A DNA stretch of 64,000 bases from Lama guanicoe (GCA_013239625.1 MU053881.1:10406873-10470872); one strand, 5' to 3'; counted from the stretch's first letter, positions 1-13,780 are shown. Program-made: numbers and translations. The notes: a model not told the origin generated them from the sequence alone.

Positions 1-99
1 AGCAAATCCTAAATTCTTTTTATCAGTTTTGTTTCTAATAACTCTATGGGCAAGGAAGGAAGAGAAGAAAAGTAAGAGGAAAAAAAAATACAAAAATTA

Positions 100-830
100 T
101 GCAACAGACAAAGGTGAAACAGGCAACACTTTGACTAGATGTTCAAATATACACCTTCAATGAGGACAAATGGACATTGTGTGGCCCCAGACAAAGGACA
201 GGATACCTACGATGCACATCCCGCTTAGAATGCATAAGCCAAGCTAGTCAACAAGCAAATGACACACCAACACACAACGAGAAATATTCTAGTTTTGAAA
301 AGGTGGGAGGATATTTTGTTTTTAAATGTCAATGTCATTAAAAACAAAGAAAGGATATGTAAGCGATTCAGATTAAAAGAAGCTGAAAAGATCTGACAAG
401 TAAATATAATACCAAAGCATAAACTAGATCTTGTACTGGTAGAGAAAAAAATTGCTCTAAATGGTATCAGTGGATCATCGACCAAACGAAGGTAGATGGT
501 AGTTTACATAAAGGTATTGCATATGTGTAAATTTACGAAGTTGACAACAGCAATGTGGTTATGTAAGAGAACAGCCCTATTTGGCAATCCTGTGCTAAAG
601 AATTTGAGTAAAGACCACGACACATGAAACTGACCTTCAAATGGTATAGAAAAAAATTATATTTATACACATATATCAAGAGGGTACGAGACAGAGAGAG
701 AACATAAATGATAAAACAAATGAAATAAAATATTAGGAGTGGGCGAATTTAGATGAAAGTTTACAGATATTCTTTGTACCATTTTGGTAATATTTCATAC
801 GTTTAAAATGACCCTGAGCTAAAAGGAAAT
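100..830 (+). mobile_element. Old L1 3' UTR fragment (L1MC/L1ME-like)
   Basis: Diverged 3'-end motifs TGTGGTTATGTAAGAGAA, CAAATGGTATAGAAAAAA, ATGATAAAACAAATG and TATTCTTTGTACCATTTT; boundaries approximate. Confidence 0.7.
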
Positions 831-3693
831 CCAAAACATACCCCAAACCAGAAATTATCTGATTCTTGAAATTGCTCAGTGCCAAAATAAAACGTTGTTT
901 CTACTTAACATCTCTTATAATCGAGATGCACCTGCCCGTGATGCCCTCCTGCCCTCTGATACACGCCCACAGACACCACCACGAGCTTCAAAGAGCTTCC
1001 AACCTAATTGAAGTACTGAAAAAAGTGTCACTTACTAAAATGCACAACTTAGGGTCTCAAATAAATGCTAAGCGAAAGGCATATGTCATAGCTACCACAG
1101 ACATTTGTTCCTTATGCAATTGAAGTTCTACTTTTTATAATTCCTGCTCTTTCTTCTTTACCCAAGTGAGTCGGTGATAAAATGATTACCTTTTGCTAAA
1201 TAACCTCACATTTACTTGAAAACCCATTGAAATATCCTGTCTCTTTTTTTTCCCCTCCAGCTTAAGGAACTCTGCTTCCTCAAATCTGTTGATCCTGCTC
1301 ATACTAATTCCCTCCTTCAGGAGCATTATATGCTGGTCGGCTGCCCTTTACATAAGCCTGAAGCCAACGGAAGAGACTTTACCAGCAGCCTTCTGTGTCT
1401 AAGTGTTAGAACTTCCGTTATGGGCTTCACATCATAAATCTGGCGTTCAGTTGATTAGATTTTTCATCAATTTTCCCCAATATCAAAAAGAAGCTTTTTC
1501 TCCTCCCCAGTGGAGCAGAAAACTTGGTGATACAAGCTGATGAAAATTTATTTACCTACTGATTATGCTTCTATGCTCAACAGGGAGATTCTTGTTATAT
1601 CCATCACTGTAAGGTTTTCAGGACTTCCCTCCCTCCGGCACATGGAAAACTTTCAGTCAAACTAAAATTTCACCCCAAAAGTCTTTGAGCATAAAATGTG
1701 ATTACATTCATTTCCTCTATTCATAAAATGGAATAATTTTAAAACGTAGTTTTTGTTGTCATTTGCATACCATGGTTTGTTTTTGTTAATTAGGATCATA
1801 GGGGAAAAAAAACACAGTATCTTGAAAGCTTGTTTAAGAAGCATGTCTGATGTTAGGAAAGAAACTGATGATCTTTTGAAACGAATGCATAAGCACTATT
1901 GAGCAATCCAAAAGGAGTCTGAATCCCGTCCATTACAGCCCCACCAAGGTTGTAAATGTGAAGTTCAAAAATCCTACAGTAAGTTGACAATAGTTCAAAT
2001 GTTTGTCAGCAAAATACATAAAGCATCCTGATGTACTGAATATTGTATGAGTTTACAAGAACCTTCTCTGTATTTGTATTTCTACTTGTGGAACTTTCAG
2101 AATTTTATAGCCTTTTTCATTTTTTATGAACTCTTTATTCCTTCCTCACTTCCTTCCTAGCTCCCTCCCTCCTTTCCTGGCTTCATTCTTCCCTTCCGTC
2201 TTTCTTTCCGATGGGGGCAGCGAATGCGTCATAATTTCTCACTGACTCTTCCCATCAGGTAAGTGTGGCAATCTGAGATTCCAGTTCTTTTTCTGCAACT
2301 GCTTCTGTTTGCCAGTCACAAGTTATTCTTCCTTTTCACTGTATCATCAACTTTCTTTGTTCTCTTTTAGTAATAAACATGGGCACTGAAGTATAATTTT
2401 TTTTCATTCACCCATTCCTTGATTGTTTAATGCTTGCACACGATTTATGTATTAATTCATTTATTCACTTCAGCACACTCCAGACACAATCAAAGGCTGA
2501 CATAAAATCATGAAAAGAAGTGTGTTTGTTTGTTTTTTAAGGACCCGACCCGAGTCTCCCAATTAGAGACAGTGTCTGCTTTTTGATTTCAGGTTTGTAG
2601 GCAGCCAGGATAATCTATTTAAAATGTACAAAGGGATGAACTGGAAAGAACAATTACATATGTTCATGGCTAATGAGTGATTTTCATGCTGGGTTAGCCC
2701 ATAAAAAACTAATGAGAGTTATACAATGGGCCGATCTTAGGAACTATCCAGTTCCCTAATTCATGTTCACCCACTGGCTAGAAATGGATTCAGATTGATT
2801 CATCAGTACACAGTCTACCAGCTAGCATTTGCCACGTAGGAGAGATTTTCACTGTCAAGTCTAATGAGTTATTACTAATGGCAGATAGTTCCTGGCAACA
2901 GCTGGTAGCATTTATCTAGAATAAGAAAAGTATAAATGAATTCCATGACAACCTGTCCTGGCAGAAGGAACAGATAAAGGAGAACGAAGAAGGGATAGAC
3001 CACTTGAAGGTGTAGCGAGAGACACAAGGAATGCTGGTTTCAAGGTTCAAGAAGACACACACTACATCACACACTTGCCTTGGGTCACCTGGTACAGAAG
3101 GAGGAATTTTCTGTAGATATTCAGATAAAGATGGAGAGGAGCGCGCTTCTTGGTTAAAAAATGAAACCTTTCCAGGAAACTTCTCGGCTGTCCAGTTAAA
3201 GGTATTTTCTCACTGCAGGTTTCATAGTCCCATTCCACCACTGAGTCTTTGGTTCATTTTCTTTTGAAATTTTCACTTCAAGTTCAGCAGAAATATAAAC
3301 ATGTGAAGATTATTAGCATACTATAGCAAGTTGTGCCTTTTGCAGTCTCTTATTTTGATTTCTCTGATAAAGTGCAATCTGCTTAAGACTGTTTCTTATT
3401 CAGACTTGCTTCCTAAGGACCCAGGTAATCTATCAGTTTGATTGATGTTACCCACATCAATCATTAGTGGCTCATTCTATTGTCAACCACTGTCCTACTT
3501 TTTACAGTAATCTATTAACCAATTATTATAGCAATATAGTAATCACATGGGCCAAGTTTAGTGCTTTAAAGGATGTTCATAGTAATGTGCCTTTTCACAA
3601 GGCTTCACCATCTAACTCTTGCTTGTATCTTTTCGTAGCATCTCTGGGACAAGGCTGTGTAGACTTCATGCAAAAATGATAAAGAAAACGTGG

Positions 3694-4534
3694 TGTGATG
3701 ATGAATTTTGCATATCAGCTTGACCAGGCCACAGGTCATGACCAAACGTTTGCTCAAACGTTATTTTGAGCGTGTCTACGAGGGTGTTTTTAGATAGGTT
3801 TAATATTTAAATCAACAGAATGAGGAAAGTAGTTTGTCCTCCCTCATGTGGGTGGGCTCCATCCAATCAGTTGAAAGCTTAAATAGAACAAAAAGGTTGA
3901 CACTCCTATGAGTAAAAAGAAATTCCTCCTCCCTAACTGCCTTCCCATTGGGGCACTGGTTTTCTCCTGCCCTACACAGCTGAAGGGAAACTTCAGCATC
4001 TCCTGGGTCTGAGACTACTGGCCTGCAGACTAAAACTACACCACAGGTTCTCTGGGTCACCAGCTTGCTGACTGCAGATCTTTGAACTTGTCAGCCTCAA
4101 TAATCATGTGAGCAACTCCTTGTAGTAAATAGTATACAGTCATCCCTCTGTACCCATAGGTTCCATATCAGGCGATTCAACCAATCACAGATCACAAACA
4201 CTTTTTAAAAAAAAAGAAAAGTTCCAGAAAGTTCCAAAAGGCAGACTTTGAATTTGCTGTGCACCAACATCTATTTACATAACATGTACATTATATTTAC
4301 AACTATTTAAATATCATTTATATTTTATTAGGTATTAGAAATCATCTAGAGATGATTTCAAGTATACCAGAGGATGTGGTTTTATTATATGTAAATATCA
4401 TTTTATATAAGGGGCTTTGAGTGTCGGTCTCAGGTTTTGGTATCCACAGGGGTCCTGGAACCCACTCCCTGAGGATAGAGGGACCACTGCGTATAATTCT
4501 TATTCTATTTCTCTGGAAAACACTAACTATGACA
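3694..4534 (+). mobile_element. MLT2 (ERVL) solo LTR interrupted by MER2
   Basis: Starts TGTGATG, contains CATCCAATCAGTTGAAAGCTTAAATAGAACAAAAAGG, ends TTTCTCTGGAAAACACTAACTATGACA; 5-bp TSD CGTGG (3689-3693) / CATGG (4535-4539). Confidence 0.88.
4137..4489 (-). mobile_element. MER2-like Tigger MITE
   Basis: Terminal inverted repeats CAGTCATCCCTCT / AGAGGGACCACTG; TA immediately upstream; internal TTTTGGTATCCACAGGGGTCCTGGAACC. Confidence 0.85.
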
Positions 4535-4769
4535 CATGGTAACTTCCAAAAATAGTGAATCTCATGAAAATATGTTCGTACTGACTTGATCATCTAAAGG
4601 CCTGTGCACATACATGCTGATTAATTTTTTTAAGTCACAAAGTCTGGCGCATAATTCGTGCCTCACACATATTTTCTAAATATATGAATAACCTATTATG
4701 TTAGTCTTATATTGTTAGTATGTTGTACTAGTTATGTTAACTACCTACTTAAGAAGTACATATAATGTT

Positions 4770-4910
4770 AATTATATTAATTACATATGAGGAAACTTTG
4801 TGTTCAAGTTGTTGTAGAAGTGATACAGTTGCCCAAAGTCGGACAACTAATTGAGCTCTGTCTTGAAAACTCATTTATTTTTTTCCTAATACATGGTTTC
4901 AGAAGAAGTC
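4770..4910 (-). mobile_element. MIR fragment
   Basis: TTACATATGAGGAAACT...TTGCCCAAAGTC core. Confidence 0.5.
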
Positions 4911-5730
4911 TTCCAGAACTCACGGTGTGGTTTTTAGTGAGCCATCCATGAAGTGTCTCAATGTCCTTATTCAGAAAAAGAGAAAGCTGAAGAATTTTCA
5001 GTGTCTTTCCACTCAGTAATTAGAATCTATGTCAGCGTAATACTCAATAAACATAATATTAGAAAGGGGGAGGAGAAAGAACAGTGAAAATAAAAATATT
5101 AAAATAATCCTAATTTCATTATATCTCTCAGACGTTTTATCTGTTGGAAAACTTAGCTCGTTCTGAGGGCTGGTTTAGAACTGATGTACCGAATATTCTG
5201 CCACTCTTGCAAGTGGAAAAGTGAGAAATAAAATAGTTCTTAATATATTCATTCTATATCGCCATTTCAAATTTTGCATTACTGGTGTCAATTTCATTTC
5301 TACTTTTTATTGTGTATATTTCTCTGTTTTTCATTTTTAACCTCTGTAGGTAATTTCTGATTATTTTGATGTCCTTGCTAATAACTAGTAACACCTCTTC
5401 ATAAAACAAGCTACCAAGTTAAAAAAAAAATTATATACTTTTTACTTCTAATCTCCTAAATTTTAGATTAAGCAAATTGAGATGTACATTTTTTAATATT
5501 AAAGTTTCTCTCTTTACCTTTTCTTTGTGTAAAAATCTTCAACAGGGGGGCATCAAAGACTGTTTTTAATACTTCAAGTAAAGGTAGTTCAATTTTATAC
5601 TGTCTGTCCAGTATCACACGAGGCCAGTAAAAAAAAAATGTGAAATGAATAGAGTTTTTTGCAGTTTCTTCTGTATTTTGCTTTCTTATGAAACTATGGT
5701 AATGAGGGCAGTAAAAGAGGGAGGGGGTTG

Positions 5731-5869
5731 GGGGAGAGGATAGCTCAGTGGTAGAGCACATGCTTAGCGGTACAGCACATGCTTAGCAGGCATGACATCC
5801 TATCCCCTTCAGGTACTTTCATTTAAACAAACAAACAAACAAACCTAGTTACTCCCCCACCCCACCCCC
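5731..5869 (+). mobile_element. Camelid tRNA-derived SINE (Vic-1-like)
   Basis: GGGGAGAGGATAGCTCAGTGGTAGAGCACATGCTTAGC head with A-box, (AAAC)n, and CCTAGTTACTCCCCC tail. Confidence 0.85.
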
Positions 5870-6309
5870 AAAGAGGAGATTAGCAAAGGAGATAGTAGGG
5901 GAAGGAGGGAAGAAAAGGGAATCTGAAAGCATTCTGTGTCCATAAGGCCATCTCACTTTGTGTTTACACATACTACACGAATGCACACAGCACCTGTACA
6001 TGCTGTATCCAACCAAAACAGGCAGAACCGATTTTGAAAAAAATTTAAAGAGCAGGTTAATACTAATAAGTCACTGTTATTGGATAGCTTCACTGTTTTT
6101 TTTTTTTTTAGTTTAGTAGGTTAACTGAAACAAAATTAGAAAAGTAGAGAATAATACTTTTTACTTAAAAAAATTAATAATATGATGCCTTAATGGGAAA
6201 ACAACAAGTACCTTGACAGAAAAACGGATGCAGTAATTCTTAAAATACAATTGGCATGTAAGATACCAAAATAAATTAATCATTATACAATATGAGCATA
6301 AAAATGAAA

Positions 6310-6890
6310 CAATCATAAACTACTGGAGCAATGTGATTTGAATCAGTCTTTCTGGGGTATAGTATGTCAATATCTATCAAAAACTGTAAAAATGTGTGTG
6401 CCTTAGACCTTGAAATTTCACCTGTATGAAATGAATCTATGCGGTTAAAAAAAAAAAGAAAAGAAAAAATGAAGAGCTATTAATAGTAGCAAAATGGACG
6501 TCACCTGAAAGTACTCTCAAATACGTTATTTAACAATTAAATATTACATACTTCACAGCCATGAAAAACTTTGTTTTTATAACAAAATATTTGATGACAA
6601 ATGGAACTGCATAGGTTATTTTTTAAAAACTTAAACATAGACTTCAGAATATGGAATCTGTAATCTGCAATCTTCAAAAATGTAATCTCATATTTTACAG
6701 AAACATAAGTTTAAACACACACAGGAGTAGAAACACATGTTTGCGTGTGCAAACAAAAAAAGCTAGAAGTATTTTCATAAACATTGACACTGATAGGATT
6801 GTGAGCAGTATTTCTTCATAAAGTTTGCAGTATTTTCATCATCGATATCCATAATGTTTTACCAGGAAAAAGTTTTATTTAAAAAAGAGG
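6310..6890 (+). mobile_element. Old L1 (L1ME-like) ORF2 end / 3' UTR fragment
   Basis: Diverged GTCAATATCTATCAAAA...TTAGACCTTGAAATTTCACC...CAGCCATGAAAAA motifs. Confidence 0.55.
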
Positions 6891-7856
6891 AAATATACAG
6901 TTAATGTCCTTCAATTTAATCCTTCAATTTTCACTATGTTATGGTGGAAAGTATTAGTTTTTCATGTCATTAAAAATGTCATATTCTGTAATATATAACT
7001 ATTTGGGGGTATAAGAGCAGAAGTTTATAGAGAACAAAGATGAATTTTTTATTCATTAAAAAAAACAGATCATACAGTAATTGGCTATGAAAAACACTAT
7101 CTGACTTTACCATGAGGAACTAACTTTGCAAAAGTGCTTTATGAGAGAAAGTACAATTTATGCCATTAAAAAAAATCACTTTAACCCATTTAACTTTAGA
7201 TAATGATTATCTATAAGATAAAAGCTTAAAAGAGAAGTTAGGGGAGATAGCATGCTTTAACATCTTCATCCCCTGAGACCTTAATATGCTAAGAAAGAAA
7301 AAAGGAGATCATAAAAAAGCTTTTGGATTGCGATTTTATTTAAAGTCACTGAGATGGCATCTTTAGACTACTCTGTCTTACAAAATAATTACCCTCTCCA
7401 AATGGCAGTTAAAGGAGATTGCCTAACTTTTACCAGGATAATGTTGCACTCTTGAGACATACAAGAAACTTGCAAAGGATCCTAGTATGAAACCAATCTG
7501 GTAAATACACTCCGAACACTTTTCAGTTTATCCTTTCAGCTAATTTGCATATTCCTCTAAGAAAGAATGAAAACCAGGTGCTTGCTCTATTAGGCTTCCC
7601 AAATAAACTCTTATTGAAGAAATCTAGTTAACAGTCATTTATAGGAGAAACCATGAAATTTTGGAGGGCTAAAGGAATTTGGGTACTTCCAGGCTGAAGA
7701 TTTGAAAGGACAGTTAGAGGGTAGAGGAGAGAGAGAAAATGCGGTTGTGCCAACCTGCTTCCCAAACAAGACTTAAGTCGTTTTATAGTCATTTTTATTT
7801 TCAGTTCAAATAATGTGGAAGTTGTTCAGGCATCATAAAGTAGAGCCAATAGGGCG

Positions 7857-7924
7857 ACACACATACACACAAACACACATACATACACACACACATACAC
7901 ACAAACACACATACATACACACAC
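7857..7924. repeat. CA-rich repeat with a perfect 32-bp tandem duplication
   Basis: ACATACACACAAACACACATACATACACACAC at 7861-7892 and again at 7893-7924. Confidence 0.95.
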
Positions 7925-8991
7925 GCAACCAAGAACCCAAAGAGTGATAGTTTAGAAACACAGAGGTAAATTTTCCACTCTAAGGAAACCTAGATCTGCT
8001 CTATAAATAAAAGATTAAGGGATCAGAACGCTGGCAAACAGCCCTAATGAGAAAAAGAAAACTTTAGAGAGAAATCTCAGTCTTCCAGAAAATTTTATGT
8101 CCCACATTTTCATTATTCCTAAGCACTAAATGGTTTTATTTATTTTGAAACAATTTTGACACGCTTGTGATTTGGAAGAACACAACTGAAGGTCCAAAAA
8201 AAAAAAAAGTGTTGATTTTTTTTCCCTGGAAATGCAACTAATTTAAACTTCTTTCCTCATCAACCACAGGAAAATGTTCCCCTCTGTTCTGTGTGGCTAT
8301 GTGGACTCAGTTAACACTCCAGAGCATATGGAAGAAATATAAGATGTTCCCTCTGGGTCTCTCAGAGAGTCTGCTTAAGAGACGGATGGAACTGACACAA
8401 AATGAGAAGATAATGGTACAGGAAAGATGGAATCAATGGTCAAATTACACAGTACAGAGGAAAAGCCCTTTGCTTCTACAAATGGCTGTGAAATCATCAT
8501 CAGCTGTGAGAAAAGGATGAGAAAAAAGGGACAGAGTTAAAATGGGGAAATGCAGAGATGCCTCCTCCTGCAGGCAGACATGGGGACTGAGTTCTACAAG
8601 GGCACGGTCAGGACCGCCATTCTCTTCTCTTAACACTTTAGGTCGCTTTGGGATCAGAGACGTTTTGAGCATTTAAGGATTGCGAGCAGAAGAAATGGGG
8701 AATGTTTTAAAACTGTTTCAGACTAGGTGTTTATTTCCGAGGCTTGTCCAGGTGCCTTGGGTTCTGTCTGGGATCTACTTCTTGCTTTTCAAATGTTGTT
8801 TAGGAGCAAGTCCTCACATGCCACTGGACACTTCCTGTTGACAATTTTGACCTTTATTAATTCAGGTCTGCTCAGTCTCCGCTACTGATCTGTCAATGCT
8901 GACACCTTGTCACATTCTGATTTTGCAGAGAGAATGCTGAGAGAGGTCACAGGCCATCACACTGGTTGACTTGATACCAGAGAGAAAGTAA

Positions 8992-9081
<90 letters not shown>
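8992..9081. repeat. Compound microsatellite (TAG)16(TAA)14
   Basis: Direct reading: TAG units 8992-9039, TAA units 9040-9081. Confidence 0.97.
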
Positions 9082-9085
<4 letters not shown>

Positions 9086-12000
9086 TCCAGGACCAACCTC
9101 ACTGGCTTTCTATGTTTAAACACAGGCCAAATTGAAGTTGCACAGAGGACTACTTATGTGTCCCCAGTTGTTCTCAAGATGAATACCAGACATATGTTGG
9201 GAATAGCTCTACTGTTCATATGCTTATATAAATTGGTTTTCATGAGTAAATTTCCTGGTTTGCCCTTTTCTGCTGAAATATGTCCCTGGTTGTGGGAAAA
9301 TGCAATAAAGCAATGCAGTGTGTTTTTTAATCTGTGGAAAGTTGAAAAGGTTACATGCTGTGTGTGAGTTTTCTATTCTCAGAATATACATACTCATTCC
9401 ATGAAACAAAAAAGAAAAAAAAAATTCAGCATAATTTAACAGATCCCTGTGTCTTTGTTATCCCTACGCTGTAGTTTTCTGGCAAAGAATGCGTCAAAGG
9501 ATCTTTGCAGCCAAACAGCAGTTTGTTTTGTTATAAATTTCAATTGGCAATCACGACCTTAAGTCTTTTCTATGCAAGAAAACTAAAAATGAGAGGTGAG
9601 CATCCTTTGAGATTAAGCTATTACACCACAGAAACGAGGCTCAGTGATGTTTAATCGACAAAGTAAACCACGATTTGCTGACGTGGACTTAAAATTCAGA
9701 TATTTTTGTTTGACCAGTTTTTCAGTTTGGCCACCACTACACCCCTCACTGATTACACTATCATTAAGTAAGTGTTATTAGTTATCTTGTAGTAATGTTA
9801 ATGTTTAATTGGAAGAATCTACTGATTCTAGTTACTTTCCTTAAAAGTAGCCAACATGGGGAAGATTAAGGCTGTGGAATGTATCAATTTTCTCTGTATA
9901 GGGCTAACGGGGTTTTAGCGGGATTATATCATCAACTTTGAGGACTGAAATTTAAAGAAATTGGACCTTGAAGAAGTTCCCTCATTCAACACATGCACAT
10001 ATCAGAGAAGCGATGTAAAGTGGACAGGTTGCACAGCACTGGAGAAGCGCAGCCGAAACCTTGAGGTCTGGAGTCTCCGGCCTCCTGTCCTCCCCTTCTA
10101 TGCTGATGCTTGTAACAGTCACCCTGAGTTACTTACAGATGCAAATAATCAAATTGTCAAAAGAAAGAAGCCAAACCCTCATGTACTTGGAATTCATTAC
10201 TGCCATTTTTAAAAACATTCCAACCATCAGAGTTAAGCCTTGCGTTACAAGAAAAGTTTTACTTAAACAAAATAAGCGCATATTTGAAATGATAATAAAA
10301 GCCTTCAAACTTTACAGCTGAGGGATGGAGATGGGAAATGGCCACCACTACATGTCTTACCACATCCTTTCCTTTGGACTCCACACGTGGGGCAGGAAAA
10401 CTGGGCCAAAGGGCAGGTCAGTGGATGATCACAGTAAGAGCTCTGTTGAGGAAGGATGCGCCATGTGCTAGGAAAACTTCATATTCCTTCTCTCTCTGAT
10501 TCTTGCTTCCTAGGTTCCAGGAGAAATTATTCAGATAGCATGCCCCAGAACTAATGTGTAAACTCTAGTTCAGAGCCAAAAACACCTCTTAGTAAATATA
10601 ATCTGGCTTAAAAATAATACAGATAATTGTATATAAATTGTGAATTACTTTTAAAAGGAAGGATTCAGATTTTTCTTTTTTCATTGTATTTCATACCAAA
10701 TGTCAAAAACTAAAGTCCTGAAGTGCAATTTGGGGATAATGCATGTAAAAAAAAGAGGTGATTCAAGAATGCACATGCTAGGTTACACAGAAGCAAAGTG
10801 GGTATTTTGAATATTTTTAAGTAAACAAAAAATTATTTATCGGGCATGTATTCTTCCTCTTGGAGGATATACAACCTTCCTAAGGTATTCTTTCAAGAAA
10901 ATACATTGCCCTATAATTTCTAACATATATACATTTGTGTGTATTTATGTTTCTTTATATATGTTGTATTTTTTATAAAGGGGATTATTAAAAGAATACA
11001 CAGGAAAAAAAAAGGCAAAAAAGATATCTATTTTCAAGTATTCTCAACCCGTTAACAAACAAGTGTATTAGCTGCACTGTTAATCCCAAACCATTATTAT
11101 CTTTTCACTAAAGCAGTGTTTTAAATAGGAAAATCTGACCACTTATTTTTTATAAATATATTGAAGGCAATCAATTATTTATTTTCAAAAATTTAATCTA
11201 ATTGTTTGATCACAAGCAGACCAACTTCCCTTCATGGATTTACTGGATGGGTCAAACACTTTCTGTGTATGAAAATGCAGAAATCAGTGGCAGTAAACTT
11301 CAGTGACCCATCTCTGCGTGCACATTTCCCATCAGAACGCTTAGTTTATCAGACAGGCGTTAATATTTGAAGGTGGGTTTACTACTTCCATCTATATGAA
11401 AATTTTGTCTTATCTGTTGTTTTTCACCAAAGAGTTGATATTTATAGTTGCTCTTTAAGGAGGAAATAATGCTCAATGGTATATGATACACCAGTATCAT
11501 CATACCAGGAGACTTCATTTAAATGTATCCATATCCATTCTCTGAAAGCTCTTTTCAAGTTAAGGACTGCAGCCTAAGTCTGTTGTATGAATCACTTAAT
11601 ACAGGGCACCTGACATGTGCTCCAAGGAAGAATATGCCTTCTTGAGAATCCACTCCAAACAGGACAACCTTTCACAGAACTTCGTGAAATATCCTTGCTG
11701 TGGATTCATACTACACCATCATATATTAGATGTTGAGATAATCATGCTTAAGGATAATTTCTTCTTTTTAAGGGCTCTCATGGGCTGGAGTTTAGAGTTA
11801 GGAAATACATCAATACAGTTCCTGAGAAATCTGGGAAGGAGGTCTTGAAATAAGTATACAGGTAATGGCGCTCTTCAAATCATGTCATTCTCTAAACCTC
11901 TGCAGACTTTCAGTGATTTCTCACCACTGCTGAGAAATAACAAGAGAATTTTAAAAAACAGAAGAAATTAACCCAATCCATGTATGTTTTCCCACAGTTA

Positions 12001-12792
12001 TTCATTACCGCTTAATGATTATATGCAATCGGGGAAGAAGCGGGAATTTTCTTTAAGTAATTCATGAAAGCTGTCCATATATTATCAAAGTCATCACGCC
12101 TGCCCTCACTTCTGTACTCTGCCCTTTCGCATGCAGCTGAACATGACATTAATAATAATGTCTAATTAATGGATACCTATCCATTTCGCTGTAGAATGTT
12201 ATATGGCACATTTCCAGAGTCACAGAAGCGCCCTTTAGAACACTGGAAACGAATCTCAATTTTTCAATGCCAAAGTCAAAGATGTTCACCACAGAGCCTT
12301 GCTGTGCTCAGTTGAAACTGCACATTTGAAACTTCTCGCCAAATCAGAAACAAGGAGAAATTATTTGGAGCAGATGTGCAAATCAATGGAAGGAAAAATC
12401 CCCTCGTTGCTGACTTCTGGGAAGCCATTAAAAATATTTTATTCTACATCAAATAAATGTTACTGTCAAACTTTTCACCTGGTTTTCTCCACAGGTCTTC
12501 AATGTAGGATAATCAGGTGTTAATATTAATATGATTCCTTGGGGAGTATGAGGAAACTTATGAAGTCACATGGAGGCAACTGACATTACCGAGGAGATGA
12601 AGGAATTTACAAAATGAGGTCTATAGCCATTTTATGACAACACTGACACTTGGGAACAACCTATGATTCAGATAAAAGCGTGGCTTTCTTCTCGTTTTTC
12701 TCCAGAGATAAAGTATACAAATACCACAGAATCATTTCAACAGGAAGAACTCTTAGTCACCAGCTATTGAAAAACAAATGGAAAAAAATTCT

Positions 12793-13129
12793 TTTTATGG
12801 ATTGAATGTCTATGTTCCCCCCAAATTCATTTGTTGAAGTCCTAACCCCCACTGTCATGGTAATAGGAGGTGGGAACTTCCGGAGGTGATTAGGATGTGA
12901 AGGTGGAGACCCCATGAATGGGATGAGTGCCCTGACAAAAGAGACCACAGAGAGCTCCCTCACCCTGTGCACCCTGTGAGGACACAGGAGACGATGACAG
13001 CCTGTGAACCAGGAAGAGGGTTTTCACCGTGATCTTGTCTTCCCCAGCCCCCAGAACTGTCAGAAATAAATGCTTGTGGTTTAAGCCACTCTATGGATTT
13101 TTTGTTATAGCATCTTGGACAGACTGACA
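12793..13129 (+). mobile_element. MLT1A-like MaLR solo LTR
   Basis: TATGGATTGAATGTCTATGTTCCCCCCAAATTCAT start; CCAGAACTGTCAGAAATAAATG; ends CAGACTGACA. Confidence 0.9.
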
Positions 13130-13147
13130 GAGATTGGTACAAACTGA

Positions 13148-13191
13148 TATCTATCTATCTACTTATCTATCTATCTATCTATCTATCTATC
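13148..13191. repeat. (TATC)n tetranucleotide repeat
   Basis: Direct reading; one interruption. Confidence 0.95.
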
Positions 13192-13619
13192 TTCTTAAGG
13201 CAATATGGAGACTACTTGTTCTGAACTGAACAAGTAATGTAGTTTAGAAATAAAGTATGTGAACGTCATAGAATTTTTAAGCAAGAAGAACCATTAGTAA
13301 TCATCTAGTCAAAACCAAATAGAAGAAAACCTTCTAAACACCTATGAGTAACCTGCACCTCAGCCGTATTCTAGGATTGGCTCAATGTCACACAGCTGGT
13401 AAACTGCAGAGATTTACATAAACCATGAAGTTTCCTGACTTCTTAAACATAACCATCCATTATCCATACACTTGAACTGATTCTGGAACACTGAGAGTCG
13501 CAGTATGAGCTACAAATTATAATTTTTAAAAAATATGTACTCTACTTAAACACAAGGGCTATAAGTAAATACGTTAACATGTTATAATGTAATAAATACA
13601 GATTTTAGAGAGAGAAGAA

Positions 13620-13780
13620 TGAGGAGACCCAAGTCATGGTTCTCAGATTTCTCAGGTATGCCCTGAGTCTCCGTTCCCTCTTCTATAAATTAGGGCGACA
13701 ATAAACCCTGTAGCAGAGAGGTTCGTGAGGATTACATAAGGAAACAGACAAAAGTTTAGTCTGTTGTAAATACAGAGAGG
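13620..13780 (+). mobile_element. MIR fragment
   Basis: CTGAGTCTCCGTTCCCTCTTCTATAAATTAGGG...GTGAGGATTACATAAG core. Confidence 0.55.

Noticed and set aside
5731..5800. tRNA-like sequences (also near 35070, 37440 and 48090)
   Set aside because: These are SINE heads with SINE tails and no complete cloverleaf; they are not tRNA genes.
8236..8345. Plus-strand acceptor at 8269/8270 followed by a short frame (MFPSVLCG...)
   Set aside because: The frame closes after about 23 codons, I see no homology, and such sites are expected by chance in 64 kb.
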